Positions 1 to 10,599 of a DNA stretch of 64,000 bases are shown in pieces. The number at the start of each line of letters is the position of its first letter. Position 1 is the first letter of the stretch. The position numbers and the translations under genes are program-made. Source of the DNA: a virus; IMG/VR virus record IMGVR_UViG_3300022555_000027, positions 1-64,000 of that record; one strand, given 5' to 3'. The notes beneath the pieces are model-generated. The model did not search any database, had not been told where the DNA came from, and worked only from the letters and a program-made list of their open reading frames with translations.

Positions 1-7
1 CTTCACC

Positions 8-637
8 GTGAAGATCGGAAAGAAGGAATACGAGGACTTCGAGGCCGCCTTTAACGGTGTTGATGAAGGGCTGATCTCAGCAATGGACAGCGCAGCATCG
101 GGTATCAAAGCGGCCCTGGCTTCGGCCCTCCGTGAAGTTGCTGCCAAGATAGCCGCCCGGCACGGCGAGCAGTGGAGCGGCATCCCGGACGGAAGCCAGC
201 CGAACCTGTTCTCCAAGACGGGAAGTGGGCTTCGGTCGGTCCTTGAAAGCATCGAAGTGATGGGCGGTGCGACCATTGAGAGCATCGTTGGCGTGATTAG
301 TGCGGGCGGCCTATCCTGGCATGAGTTTGGCGCGGAGCCAAAGCCCAAGGGCAAGTACATGGTGATCCCACTTCCGGCAGCGATGGATAGCCGTGGTGTT
401 CCGATCTATCCCAGCCCCCGGGCTTGGTACAACACCTTCATCCGAATGTCTAAACGCGGAAACTTGATTATTTTTCAAAAGCGCGGTAACTCGATTGTTC
501 CACTGTATTTGCTCAAGACAGACGCTCCAAGACCACCAAGGCTTGGTATGTCCGAAGCCCTTACCGAAGAGCTTGGTTTCTTTCAGGCTAGGCTGATCGA
601 ACAGATCGACGAAGCAATGGGAAAGTGGAGAATGTAA
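8..637 (+). CDS. putative neck/tail-completion (virion morphogenesis) protein
   Basis: Lies upstream of the tail terminator/tube genes; 'HEFG..PK.GKY..IP' and 'P.RLG' motifs typical of gp10-like tail completion proteins. Confidence 0.55.
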   Translation: MKIGKKEYEDFEAAFNGVDEGLISAMDSAASGIKAALASALREVAAKIAARHGEQWSGIPDGSQPNLFSKTGSGLRSVLESIEVMGGATIESIVGVISAGGLSWHEFGAEPKPKGKYMVIPLPAAMDSRGVPIYPSPRAWYNTFIRMSKRGNLIIFQKRGNSIVPLYLLKTDAPRPPRLGMSEALTEELGFFQARLIEQIDEAMGKWRM

Positions 638-1119
638 TGGCAAGCGTAATCTCAGTCCGCGAGGACATTATGGAATACCTTGTCGCAGTGTTCCAAGGTG
701 TTGCCCCGGGTGTTGTAGTCGGTGAGCAGACATACTCCACCGCCTTCGACGTGGTATCACGCTTCCCATTCAGAGGCCAAGACCAATTGATGAACTGTGA
801 AATTTCGATTATTGACCTCAAAGAAAAGAAGAAGCAGGTAATGCTCTATCAGGACTGCTTCCTAATGGTGACAACCGAGTTCCGTTACCGCTTGCAGCTT
901 GGTGACGATCCGCTCACGGAAGCAAACAGGGTGCTATCTGACATCCAACTGGCGATGCGTAGCGACATCACCTGCGACGCGAAGTCACTTAATGTGACAG
1001 AACTTTCAAACGAGCTTGATCCTGAACATGGCGGCATCCATATAGTGGGTGGCATCGCCTTCTGGGAGATACGCTACAGACACCGTTGGGATGACCCTCG
1101 TCGGATGGTCGGCCAGTGA
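637..1119 (+). CDS. putative tail terminator protein
   Basis: About 160 aa, start overlaps upstream stop (TAATG), directly before the tube gene; N-terminal 'S.RE.I' and C-terminal 'I.YRH...DP'. Confidence 0.55.
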   Translation: MASVISVREDIMEYLVAVFQGVAPGVVVGEQTYSTAFDVVSRFPFRGQDQLMNCEISIIDLKEKKKQVMLYQDCFLMVTTEFRYRLQLGDDPLTEANRVLSDIQLAMRSDITCDAKSLNVTELSNELDPEHGGIHIVGGIAFWEIRYRHRWDDPRRMVGQ

Positions 1120-1149
1120 CTTTGAAACCAGTTGCAAGGAGAGCAACCA

Positions 1150-2430
1150 ATGTTGACGCAACGTGCCGTGGTCCTGGCCAAGCTGGAGACCACCTTCGGA
1201 ACTGACGCGAGCCCGTCGCCCACCGTGGACGCCGTACTCGTTGAGGCTCCCGATTACCAACTCGACCCCAACATCCTGGAGCGCAAGTTCGTTCACTACG
1301 ATCTGTCCACCATTCCGCACTTGGTCGGCCGCAAGTTGGCGAAGTGCGCGTTCGTGACGGAACTTCGTGGTAACGGCCTCGGCGCAACCGGCCTTGTTGC
1401 GAACCTGCCCAAGATTGCGGTTCTGCTTCAGGGCTGCGGTATGGCGGCCACTGCCTTGACCGGTTCTACGTGCGTTTACCCGCCGATGCCGTCTCTGGAC
1501 AACAGTGCGTCCGAGCCTGCGATCGCCTGGGCCGAGACCCTTGCTACCGCCCCGACATGGGCCGGTATGAACCTGTATAGGCTCACCGTCATGACTGGCG
1601 GCGCTTCAGGGACGGCCACCATCGCAATCCAGTCTACCAACCCGGCTTTGGACACCACTGACACCTCTTCGGCTCCGGCTGCTATCACCTCTGGCTCCCC
1701 GATCACTCTGGGCACCTCGACGGCAACTGTCGCCCCGACCTGGACCGGCTCGCTCGTTGCGGGTAGCCAGTACTTCGTGCTGGTGGTTCCGAAGAGCGTG
1801 GTGCTTTCCCCGGTCAGCACCTTGTTCCAGTCGCTTACCCTCTACATCTATCTCGACGGTGTTCTGTGCAAGATGACCGGCGCGATTGGCACCTACAAGG
1901 TGTCGGCTGATGCGGGCGCCTACCCCAAGATCACGTTCGACTTCGTGGGCCAGTACATCACCCCTATCGATGCTGCCCTGCCGGTGAATGCGGTCTATGA
2001 GAGCACTCTGCCTCCGGTGGTCCAGACCTCTGGCTTCACCTGGAATGGCAACAACAGCCTTGTCGCGGCCCAATGGACCATCGACATGGCCAACAAAGTG
2101 GTGCAGAGGCCCGATATCAACGGGACCGATGGTTATCTCGGTTCGACTATTACCTCTCGCGACCCGAGCGGTGGGTTCAACCCGGAAGCGACCACGGTCA
2201 GCACCAACAACAGCGATGTCAATGCTTTCGATGACTTCGCCACCTCCCGGCAGAAGACCTTTGTGGTCCAGGCAGGCAACACCTCGGGGAACATCGTCGG
2301 TGTGTACGGCCCCCGTGCCCAGATGTCGGCTCTGAAATACGCCGACCGCGAAGGCATCCGGGTGTACGACTACACGATTAAGTTCCGTCGCAACAATGGC
2401 AACGACGAATTGCAGCTATTCTTCATGTAA
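1150..2430 (+). CDS. major tail tube protein
   Basis: RBS AAGGAG; 'LAKLETTFGTD' N-terminus and 'GNDELQLFF' C-terminus typical of phage tail tube proteins; precedes chaperones and tape measure. Confidence 0.8.
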   Translation: MLTQRAVVLAKLETTFGTDASPSPTVDAVLVEAPDYQLDPNILERKFVHYDLSTIPHLVGRKLAKCAFVTELRGNGLGATGLVANLPKIAVLLQGCGMAATALTGSTCVYPPMPSLDNSASEPAIAWAETLATAPTWAGMNLYRLTVMTGGASGTATIAIQSTNPALDTTDTSSAPAAITSGSPITLGTSTATVAPTWTGSLVAGSQYFVLVVPKSVVLSPVSTLFQSLTLYIYLDGVLCKMTGAIGTYKVSADAGAYPKITFDFVGQYITPIDAALPVNAVYESTLPPVVQTSGFTWNGNNSLVAAQWTIDMANKVVQRPDINGTDGYLGSTITSRDPSGGFNPEATTVSTNNSDVNAFDDFATSRQKTFVVQAGNTSGNIVGVYGPRAQMSALKYADREGIRVYDYTIKFRRNNGNDELQLFFM

Positions 2431-2553
2431 GCCGCATCGTTGTTGTTGACAACCTCCCTGTCAAGAGCCACATATTGTGCAACACTTGACGGGGCTTTTG
2501 TATCTCTGTCAACCGGCGTGAAACCGGTTTCAACTTTCCAAAGGGGCAGTATC

Positions 2554-2982
2554 ATGGCGATTAAGGCACTCACGCTCGCGGCCACCAAAACCCACGAGCT
2601 TTCCCGTGACCCGGACAAGGGCACTCCGCAGGCCACCCGTTTCAGGCTCGGCGTCTTGGACAGCCGTGTGATTGGGCATCTTCGCGATAACAGCGCCACC
2701 ATCCAGTACGATGAAGGCGACCGGTCCCGGGTTTCGACCAAAGTCAACAACTCGGCCGTCGAATTTGAGACCGTTCAGTTCGGCCTCAAGGGCATCGAGA
2801 ACTTCAAGGATGACGCGGGCAATGACGTGCCGTTCCGCACCGTCAAGAAGACCCTCGGCTCCCGCCAGTACGATGTTGCGGACCCAGCCCTCGTGGCTCA
2901 GTTGGGCATCTTCGACATTCACGAGTTGGCTTTCGAGATCACGCGCATCAATGACGTGACCGAGACAGAAGCAAAAAACTGA
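2554..2982 (+). CDS. tail assembly chaperone (gpG-like)
   Basis: Between tube and tape measure; ends E-A-K-N-stop on slippery heptamer A AAA AAC (2973-2979). Confidence 0.8.
   Translation: MAIKALTLAATKTHELSRDPDKGTPQATRFRLGVLDSRVIGHLRDNSATIQYDEGDRSRVSTKVNNSAVEFETVQFGLKGIENFKDDAGNDVPFRTVKKTLGSRQYDVADPALVAQLGIFDIHELAFEITRINDVTETEAKN
2973..2979 (+). other. programmed -1 ribosomal frameshift site AAAAAAC
   Basis: X XXY YYZ heptamer in the correct phase immediately before the TGA. Confidence 0.8.
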
Positions 2983-3341
2983 GACAGGCGGTCATAGCGA
3001 ATGAACTTCTCCCTGAGTTCAGTTGCTCAAAGTGTACCGCCCAGCAAAAGGTCGTCAGAGGGTGTGATACGGATGCACGGCAACCTCGAATGGTTCTTGA
3101 TGATGTCGAGCTTGTGCGGTGCATCCGGCGACCCATACTAGATGACCCCCAGTTCTATACTGAGGTATTCAGAATGTACCGAGCCTATAAGCAGGGAAAC
3201 TATCCCGAGGACGGTGGGCTACTTTCACAACCTGGGCGCCTAATGCTTCTGTTCTCTGTGGTCGATCAGGCAATCAACTACTGCGATCATGAGCGGGCAG
3301 AAAAAGAAAAGCTTAAACGCAAAAGAGCAATGCGCGTCTAG
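2979..3341 (+). CDS. tail assembly chaperone extension (gpGT-like, -1 frameshift product)
   Basis: -1 frame is open from the slippery site to 3341 and includes ORF 3090..3341; 'P..GG...QP' motif. Confidence 0.75.
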   Translation: MRQAVIANELLPEFSCSKCTAQQKVVRGCDTDARQPRMVLDDVELVRCIRRPILDDPQFYTEVFRMYRAYKQGNYPEDGGLLSQPGRLMLLFSVVDQAINYCDHERAEKEKLKRKRAMRV

Positions 3342-3352
3342 GAGGGTGTGAG

Positions 3353-6300
3353 ATGGCCGTGAACACAATTGATTTTGTCGTGAAGATGACGAATGAAGCA
3401 TCCTCGGTACTGCGTAACCTCGGAGCAGACTTCCAATCCCTCGGTAGAATTGCGAACACGCTCAAGGAGCAGCTTGACGCAACAGCCGAGGGGTTTGCTT
3501 CTATTGACCGGGCGGCCACCACGACTGTGGCGAAGTGGGAGACCGTGAGCCGCACCATGACGGCTGTCAAGACGGCTTCAACAGAGATGAATGCCAGCCT
3601 AGAAGGCTCGGCGCGGGCAATGACCAGCTTGTCTGGAGCCCTACAGACGTCCCTTGAGGCCAGGACAGCGGGCGTGACCCGGCTGGCCAGTGCAATCTCC
3701 CGTCTGACCTCTTCGACCGGTGGCCTCGCTGGAGCAAACACTGAAATTGCGCGTCTCGGCACAAGCCTTGAGACCCTGGTGGGTGCGACCTCCCGAATTG
3801 CGCCCCAGATGCGGGCGTTCCAAACGACCATGCGCGGTGTGAGCCGGGCCATCGAACAGACCACGGGTGCGGCAAACGGTATGGGCTCAGGCATCACCGA
3901 ACTCGACCGCATGTCCATCGCTATGGAGCGTCTCGCTCAGGCGACCACCGTGATCACCCCGGTTGGGCGGGCGTTCTCTTCCATCCGTACCGCTGCCAAT
4001 AACCTGGGTAGCTCGGTCGCTACCATCGACGCCCTCGCCGTTGCAATGGACCGGATGGCCCTCAGCACCGGTTCGATGCTTGCCGTACCTGCGGCCTTCC
4101 AACGGCTGGCAAATGACATCCGTGCGGAGACCGCTGTCATTCGGCGCGAGATCGCTGATGTCAACTCGGTGTTCTCCCAAGGCACCCCTGCGGCCAGGAG
4201 CTATGTCACCGCGCTCGATGCCGTGGTCAAGCACTTCAAGGACATCATCGCCCTTGGGAGCGCAACTGCAACGGCCATTAACTCGGTCAATCTCGCCATG
4301 GCCCGGCAGACCGTTGCCACGGCCGGCGGTGGTGATATCGGCACTTCTATGAAGGTTGCCTCCCACGAGGCTGAAAACCTGGGGTACGCTCTTGAGCACG
4401 CCACCCGCCGGGTGAGCGGCCTTCACGAAGGCATCGCCGGTATCGTTGCGCTGATGGGTGCGGGTGTCGTGGTCGAGCGGCTGATGGGCTGGTCGGAGGC
4501 GATGGCCCACGTTCAAGCCATCACCATGTCCACCAAAGAGCAAATGGCAGACTGGGAAAGCGCGGCCCGGCAGATTGGTGTCACCACAGAATACAGCGCC
4601 GTTCAAGCTGGGAACGCCATGGAGAGCCTTGCGCGTGCGGGCATCACCGGGGCAGGGGCGCTTACCGCAATCATCCCAGTGACCAACCTAGCCCGACTGA
4701 GTGGGCAATCCTTTGAGGACACGACCAAGGAACTCGTCCAGATCATGGGAGACTACGCGATCAGTCTCGACAAGGTGTCCATCGTTACTGACGTGCTGGC
4801 TGTCACGACCAAGCACTCTCTGGCCACCATGGCAGACATGGTTGTGTCCTTCAGGTACGTGGGTGCCACGGCGGCTGAAGCGGGTATCTCCGTCAACGAA
4901 ACCGCCGCTGCCCTTGCGGTACTAGCCAACGGCGGCGTGCGCGCAAGCACGGCTGGTACGGGCCTGCGCGGCATGTTCACGGCACTTGTCAACCCAACCT
5001 CGAAGGCCCAACAGGCTTTTGAGGACCTGGGTCTATCGATGGACCAGATGGACGTGCAAGCGCGCGAGGTTACTTCCCCGGGCCACGGCCTTGAGAACAT
5101 CATGCGCGACCTCAAGGCGGCTGGGGCCGGGACCAAGGAACTCCAGGAAATCTTCGGCAAGTGGTCTATGAACGCTGCCGGCATCGTCATGGCCGCAGTG
5201 GGGACCGGAAAGTTTGCGGAAGCCTTTGAGCGCACCAACCACGCCATCGGTGAGGCCGCCAAGATCGGCCAGACCTATGCCGACAACCTGCAAAGCGATT
5301 GGCTGCGTCTCAAGGCCGTCTTCACCGAAGCCACTATTGAGCTTGGCGACGGCGGAATGAATGACGCTATCCGTGGCATCTTGCAGGGTAGCCGTGCCAT
5401 CCTCCTGATCTGGGAAGGTATCGTCACAGAGGGGGATGCGGCTTACGAGCAATATCACCGTATTGCACAGGTCATTGAAGACATTGGCGTTGGACTTGCT
5501 GCGCTTGCGGTTGGGGGACTGGTTGCCAAAGTCGCGGAAGTTGGATTGGCTTTCTTTTCGTGGCCCAGGGCCATCGCGATAGCTGCCGCTGCCTTGTGGG
5601 ATGTCCGCGATAATACGGTCGAAGTACACGGGCATGTTATTTCGCTGGCTGGAGCTTTTGAAGCTGCGGCTGAAGCGGCAACACATATACACATGCCAGA
5701 AAACACTACATGGATTGACTTGTGGACAACAGGGATTGTCAACGCAGCCGTATTGGTAGTAAACAAGGTAATAGGAGCGTCGCGGGCTATCTGGGACGTT
5801 CTCTTGGCAACCTCCACAGCTATATGCAATCTGTTTGAAGGTGTCGTTCGCAGTATCATAGAACGGTTTATGGACCTCGGTACGGTGATCAGTAAACTCA
5901 TGAGCGGGGACTTTGCGGGTGCAAACGAAGCAGCCGGACTTGCTCTCGGAAAGTCTATAACGACGGGAATTGGTAAGGCGTTTGACAGCCTCGGCGACGA
6001 TATCACTAAGGCCATGAATACGGACTACCTGCACGACGCTGGTGTGGTCATTGCCAACACGGTTATCGGTGGGGTGGACGCTGCCCTTGGCGCCAGCGGT
6101 GGGGCGTTGACTGCTGCGGAGGAAGCAACCCGTAAGCGTCAAGAGGCGGCTCGCCAGGAAAGCGAGGATGCGTTCCAACGCCGTCTCCAACAGGAAGAGG
6201 ATCAGAAGGCTGCACTGGGGGCCAGCCTGGAAGGCCAGGATGCCACGCGCCCTAGTTTTCTGTCGGCCAACCCTCGACTGCCCCGTGGTGCCGGTCATGA

Positions 6301-9300
6301 TGACGAAGCGGATGACGGCTCCAAAAAGAAGGATCCATACGCGGATGCCATTAAGAAGGTTGCCCCCTTCATCGAAAAGCAAAAGGACTTGTCAGAGGCT
6401 ATCGCGAAGGCGAGCGAGAAGCTGGCGATGGGTGATGCTGAACTGAAAAAGTACGGCATCACCACGGCCCAACTGAGTGAGGCAATCCAGGCTGCTGAAA
6501 TCCGCGTGAAGGAAGAGACCGGCAGCTACGACAAACACATGGAGAAGATGCACCAAGACGCGGACATGATGAAGCTCACGTCCGATCAACGCCGCATTGC
6601 CACTGACGTTCTGAACCAGTACAATCAGAGCTTGGGCGAAGGAAAGATACTGACAGAAGACCAGATGAAGGCAATGGCTGCTGCCGAAGCCAATAATCAC
6701 CTTTCGTCTCAGTCTGCTGAGATGCAGCGTAACCTAGACATGAAGTCTCAAGAGATTGAGAGAGAGGAAGTGCTGATGAATGTTCGCGGAAAGAACGCGG
6801 ATATTACTCGTCAGTTGCTCGACCTTGAGTATCAGGCTGCTCAGAAGGGCGTAACCCTTAGCGACAGTCAGCTTGACGCCTATAAGAGCCAGCTTGAGCA
6901 GTTGCAGTCAATGAAGAAAGAGCAGTCTGACGTGACCTCAACGACGGATTTCCTCTTTGACCACCTGGAAAAGGGTGCCGTGGCTGCGGCGTCCGGGTCG
7001 CGTGCGGCCTTCACGAACATGCTCAAGAGCATGTCCGAAGACCTGATGAAGTCGTCGATGCACGACCTGTTCGATAAGATGAAGAGCCTCGCCAATGGGG
7101 AAGCTCTTGGTAAGGGCGTTGACGCGAAGAGCCAGCCGTTCAAAAACATCGCTGATCAGAATGCCAACTCCCTGAAGCAGACCGACTACCTGTCGTCGAT
7201 CATGGAATACACCCGCCAGATGGCTGCGGCCACTCAGGGGCAAAACCGTGTGCCCGGCGACAAGACGGCAATGAGCAACCCCATCGTCCAGGGCGGCCAC
7301 AGCGGCGGAAGCCTTGACGGGTCGAATGACCAGATACTGACGGTTGCCGCAGCCGCTCGTAAGGCCGGCATTGACCCGACAGTTGCCCTCGCGACCGTCG
7401 AGCGGGAAAGCTCGTTCAACTCAAAGGCCGGAAACAAGAATTACGGTGGTCTATTTGGCACTCCGCGTGGTCAAAACTTGTCCCCACAAGAACAGATTGA
7501 CGCCGGCTTGAAAGAGATGCAGGGGGACCGCGACTGGTTTGAACGGGCTCACGGTGAGGTGCCGACAGGTCAGCAGCAATATCTGATGCATAACCAGGGC
7601 CTGCTCGGCTATCAGACGTTGACCTCCGGTGATCCGAACCAGTCTTTGAAGGAGGCTTACCAGCAGGCGGGCATCCCGTTCTCGAATGTCGTCGGGCAGA
7701 GCACTCGGGAGCATCCCGGAAACTTGCAGATGGATAGCGGGCTACCCCGCGACGAGACGTTGACCAAGGGACAATACGTCGATTACATGGGGAAGAAGAC
7801 GCAGGCCGATATGGATGCTGCGGCGGCCAAACTTGCGGCGGCCGGCGACAAGCTCACTGCGGCTGCGGATAAGCAACAGGCCACAAAGTCGGACACAGGC
7901 CCGGCCCGCTCGTTCGACAGCATCCTTGCCAACCCGGTGATGCCGAGCGTCATCGGAGACAACGGTGACATTTCCCCGACGCCCTATGTGGATGCGACTG
8001 ACCAGTCACGTACCGCCGTTGCGAAGGCGACTGGTGGTTTGATCTTTGGTCCGGGCGGCCCGAAGGACGACGCGATCTTGGCCCGCTTGTCGAACCAGGA
8101 GTACGTGGTAAACGCGGATGCGACGGGCTATTACGGCTCAGATATCCTGGACATGATCAACAACAAGACCTTCCCGAAAGAGATGCTGCCTGCCTTCGCG
8201 GATGGTGGTGTTGTCGGCTCTTCTGTCCCTTCCTCAATATCTAGCGGCGGTAGCCCGTTCAGTGGCTCTGCGGCGGCCCTATACGGTGCCGCCATCGACC
8301 TGTCGCAAGCATCCGAAGCCGTCAACACAGGTGGCAACTACCTCAACCAGGGAGCCCAATTAATCCTGACTGGTGGCCAGACTGCTGTCCAGAAGACGTG
8401 GCAGTCTGCTGTCCCTTACGCCCAGTGGACGAGTTCGTCTAGCTTCACCCCGAAGCCACAACAGCCATCGGCCTATTCTGCGATCTTCAGTAACTTCGCG
8501 CAGACTGCCATGAACAAGATGGCCCTCGCAGGGCTGAACTCGGATGCCTTCAAGGGTGTTATGAGTTCGATGGGCATTGACACAGGTGGAACGGCAGTAA
8601 GCACCCCAGGCGGTGGCGTTGACATCACCAACCAAAGCGGTGGTTCAGGCGGCTCAAGCTCTGTCGCCTCTGGTAGCGGCGGCCTCTTCGGCGGTCTTGG
8701 CAACTGGTTCACCAGCCTCTTGAGGCCGTCATCGGACAACGGGGCCAACACCCTGGCGCTCCCGGCGCTCTTGCCGACACAGACGGCCTCCACCCCGAAT
8801 GCCCCCGGCTTCACCTCCAGCGGCTTTTCCACCGACGTTCCGATTGGGCCGACCTCTGATATGCAGAGTTCATCCGCAATGAGTGTGGACCAGTATACCC
8901 CACCCCAGAACGATGTTATCGGTCAGATGATCCAAAACGCGGGTATGGATAGCCCGGACTTCAACGCGGCCACCGACAGTCTCGGAAACATGGGTGCCGA
9001 TGCATCGTCGAGCATGATGGGCAGTGCTCTCGGGGCCATGAGCAGCATGGAAGCCCCGGTCATCGGCCTTGCCCTGAGTGTTGCGCGCCAGTTGATTTTC
9101 TCTCAGAAGCCCACGACGACGACCGTAGGAAGCACGAGTGTCAACTGGACGGATGCCAGCGGTAATGCCATTGGCGGGTATACCTTCGATGAGGAAAAAG
9201 CCAAGACGCTCTCCCAGGGGCTGATCGATAACAGCAAGTACACGTCAACCAACGTCAGTCAGAATGACAACACATTGAACCCGAACATGGCAGCACTGAC

Positions 9301-9913
9301 CAGCACGAGTGGAAACCTCGTATGGAACCCCGGATCACTGGTAAAGAACTCGGACGGGACCATACAGAACGACGCTCGGACGGCCCAGTGGATGCCGAGT
9401 TTCTTCGGCCAGAACCCTTACACCCCAATTGGTGGGTCCAATGCCTATGAGCAAGGCGGATCACTCTTTAACTACATGCCTTATACCTACCACGATGGTG
9501 GTGTTGTTGGTGATCCGACTAACTCCAGCCGGTCTGTGTCCTCTTCCCTGTGGGGTGGGGCTCGGCGCTATCACGACGGTGGTGAGGTGCTGAGTGGCGA
9601 CGAAGTGCCGATCATCGCGAAGCGTGGCGAACGTGTGCTCAATCTGTCTGACAGCGCCCTCTTGGCCCAATCGCTGTCGGCCCCGGGCAGTGGCCTGCTT
9701 CGTGACGATGCACTGTCTCCGCAATCCTTGGCCGGTGGTCGGGGTGGGAATGGTGTGAACTCAAACGGGTATTCTGCTGGTAATGGGTCTGGGGGCCACA
9801 CTATATACCTAAACGTATCGACGCCTGATGCCCAGAGCTTCAAAAAGTCGGAAAGCCAGATAGGGCACGAAGTCGGTAACGCCATCAACCGGACGATGCG
9901 GAGAAACGGGTAA
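3353..9913 (+). CDS. tape measure protein (TP901-like core) with internal lysozyme/transglycosylase-like domain
   Basis: 2186 aa, Ala-rich helical; core motif 'LANGGVRASTAGTGLR'; 'ATVERESSFN...YGGLF' near 7390-7460; C-terminal 'YHDGG...DEVPIIA..GE.VL'. Confidence 0.92.
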   Translation: MAVNTIDFVVKMTNEASSVLRNLGADFQSLGRIANTLKEQLDATAEGFASIDRAATTTVAKWETVSRTMTAVKTASTEMNASLEGSARAMTSLSGALQTSLEARTAGVTRLASAISRLTSSTGGLAGANTEIARLGTSLETLVGATSRIAPQMRAFQTTMRGVSRAIEQTTGAANGMGSGITELDRMSIAMERLAQATTVITPVGRAFSSIRTAANNLGSSVATIDALAVAMDRMALSTGSMLAVPAAFQRLANDIRAETAVIRREIADVNSVFSQGTPAARSYVTALDAVVKHFKDIIALGSATATAINSVNLAMARQTVATAGGGDIGTSMKVASHEAENLGYALEHATRRVSGLHEGIAGIVALMGAGVVVERLMGWSEAMAHVQAITMSTKEQMADWESAARQIGVTTEYSAVQAGNAMESLARAGITGAGALTAIIPVTNLARLSGQSFEDTTKELVQIMGDYAISLDKVSIVTDVLAVTTKHSLATMADMVVSFRYVGATAAEAGISVNETAAALAVLANGGVRASTAGTGLRGMFTALVNPTSKAQQAFEDLGLSMDQMDVQAREVTSPGHGLENIMRDLKAAGAGTKELQEIFGKWSMNAAGIVMAAVGTGKFAEAFERTNHAIGEAAKIGQTYADNLQSDWLRLKAVFTEATIELGDGGMNDAIRGILQGSRAILLIWEGIVTEGDAAYEQYHRIAQVIEDIGVGLAALAVGGLVAKVAEVGLAFFSWPRAIAIAAAALWDVRDNTVEVHGHVISLAGAFEAAAEAATHIHMPENTTWIDLWTTGIVNAAVLVVNKVIGASRAIWDVLLATSTAICNLFEGVVRSIIERFMDLGTVISKLMSGDFAGANEAAGLALGKSITTGIGKAFDSLGDDITKAMNTDYLHDAGVVIANTVIGGVDAALGASGGALTAAEEATRKRQEAARQESEDAFQRRLQQEEDQKAALGASLEGQDATRPSFLSANPRLPRGAGHDDEADDGSKKKDPYADAIKKVAPFIEKQKDLSEAIAKASEKLAMGDAELKKYGITTAQLSEAIQAAEIRVKEETGSYDKHMEKMHQDADMMKLTSDQRRIATDVLNQYNQSLGEGKILTEDQMKAMAAAEANNHLSSQSAEMQRNLDMKSQEIEREEVLMNVRGKNADITRQLLDLEYQAAQKGVTLSDSQLDAYKSQLEQLQSMKKEQSDVTSTTDFLFDHLEKGAVAAASGSRAAFTNMLKSMSEDLMKSSMHDLFDKMKSLANGEALGKGVDAKSQPFKNIADQNANSLKQTDYLSSIMEYTRQMAAATQGQNRVPGDKTAMSNPIVQGGHSGGSLDGSNDQILTVAAAARKAGIDPTVALATVERESSFNSKAGNKNYGGLFGTPRGQNLSPQEQIDAGLKEMQGDRDWFERAHGEVPTGQQQYLMHNQGLLGYQTLTSGDPNQSLKEAYQQAGIPFSNVVGQSTREHPGNLQMDSGLPRDETLTKGQYVDYMGKKTQADMDAAAAKLAAAGDKLTAAADKQQATKSDTGPARSFDSILANPVMPSVIGDNGDISPTPYVDATDQSRTAVAKATGGLIFGPGGPKDDAILARLSNQEYVVNADATGYYGSDILDMINNKTFPKEMLPAFADGGVVGSSVPSSISSGGSPFSGSAAALYGAAIDLSQASEAVNTGGNYLNQGAQLILTGGQTAVQKTWQSAVPYAQWTSSSSFTPKPQQPSAYSAIFSNFAQTAMNKMALAGLNSDAFKGVMSSMGIDTGGTAVSTPGGGVDITNQSGGSGGSSSVASGSGGLFGGLGNWFTSLLRPSSDNGANTLALPALLPTQTASTPNAPGFTSSGFSTDVPIGPTSDMQSSSAMSVDQYTPPQNDVIGQMIQNAGMDSPDFNAATDSLGNMGADASSSMMGSALGAMSSMEAPVIGLALSVARQLIFSQKPTTTTVGSTSVNWTDASGNAIGGYTFDEEKAKTLSQGLIDNSKYTSTNVSQNDNTLNPNMAALTSTSGNLVWNPGSLVKNSDGTIQNDARTAQWMPSFFGQNPYTPIGGSNAYEQGGSLFNYMPYTYHDGGVVGDPTNSSRSVSSSLWGGARRYHDGGEVLSGDEVPIIAKRGERVLNLSDSALLAQSLSAPGSGLLRDDALSPQSLAGGRGGNGVNSNGYSAGNGSGGHTIYLNVSTPDAQSFKKSESQIGHEVGNAINRTMRRNG

Positions 9914-10551
9914 TGTCATCTAGCTTCCTCGAAAGCCAGTTCCCCCCGGGGATCAGCTATGGTGCGGTAGGAGGACCCTCCTACCAAACCACCATCGTCC
10001 AGTTTCAAAATGGCCGGGAATGCCGCAATCAGCAGTGGGCAACCGGCCTGTGCGTATGGGACATTTCCCACGGCGTGAAGACGCAGGAGGAAGTTGACCA
10101 GCTTGTGGCGTTCTTCCGAAGCGTTAAGGGGAGGGCCTTCGGCTTCCGCTTCAAGGACTGGTCTGACTTCCAGGCAACAACCACCTTGATCGGGACAGGG
10201 GATGGAACGACTTCTGTATTCCAGCTTGTCAAGAACTACGTGACATATGCCTCGGATGGAACTACAGTTGTTGGCTCGGAGGCGCGTCCAATCTTCAAGC
10301 CTATCAGTGGGACGGCCAGCGTCTGGGTTGACGGCGTGTTTGATAACAACCACTCTATCGACTACACGACTGGTCTTGTCACTTTCAGTTCCAGGCACAT
10401 ACCGGCTTCCGGTAAGGCCATCACGGCGACCTTCCAATTTGACACACCGGTTCGTTTTGACACGGACCAGATGAAAGTCACTTTGGAGGATTGGAATGCA
10501 TACTCGTGGGGGAGCATCCTGCTCAAGGAGATCATCCCCTATGGTTCTTGA
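9913..10551 (+). CDS. distal tail protein, DUF2460/TIGR02217 family (RcGTA g12-like)
   Basis: 'F.E..FP..ISYGA.GGP', 'FF...KGRA.GFRFKDW.D', 'FDTPVRFDTD'. Confidence 0.9.
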   Translation: MSSSFLESQFPPGISYGAVGGPSYQTTIVQFQNGRECRNQQWATGLCVWDISHGVKTQEEVDQLVAFFRSVKGRAFGFRFKDWSDFQATTTLIGTGDGTTSVFQLVKNYVTYASDGTTVVGSEARPIFKPISGTASVWVDGVFDNNHSIDYTTGLVTFSSRHIPASGKAITATFQFDTPVRFDTDQMKVTLEDWNAYSWGSILLKEIIPYGS

Positions 10552-10599
10552 GGGTGTCCATCCCCATATAAAATGAAACCAGTTTCAGGGAAGTGCCCG

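Noticed and set aside
5033-6382. Long antisense ORF (also 24435-25505, 34466-35509, 40954-42558)
   Set aside because: Shadow ORFs opposite well-supported genes in GC-rich DNA; no motifs or RBS.
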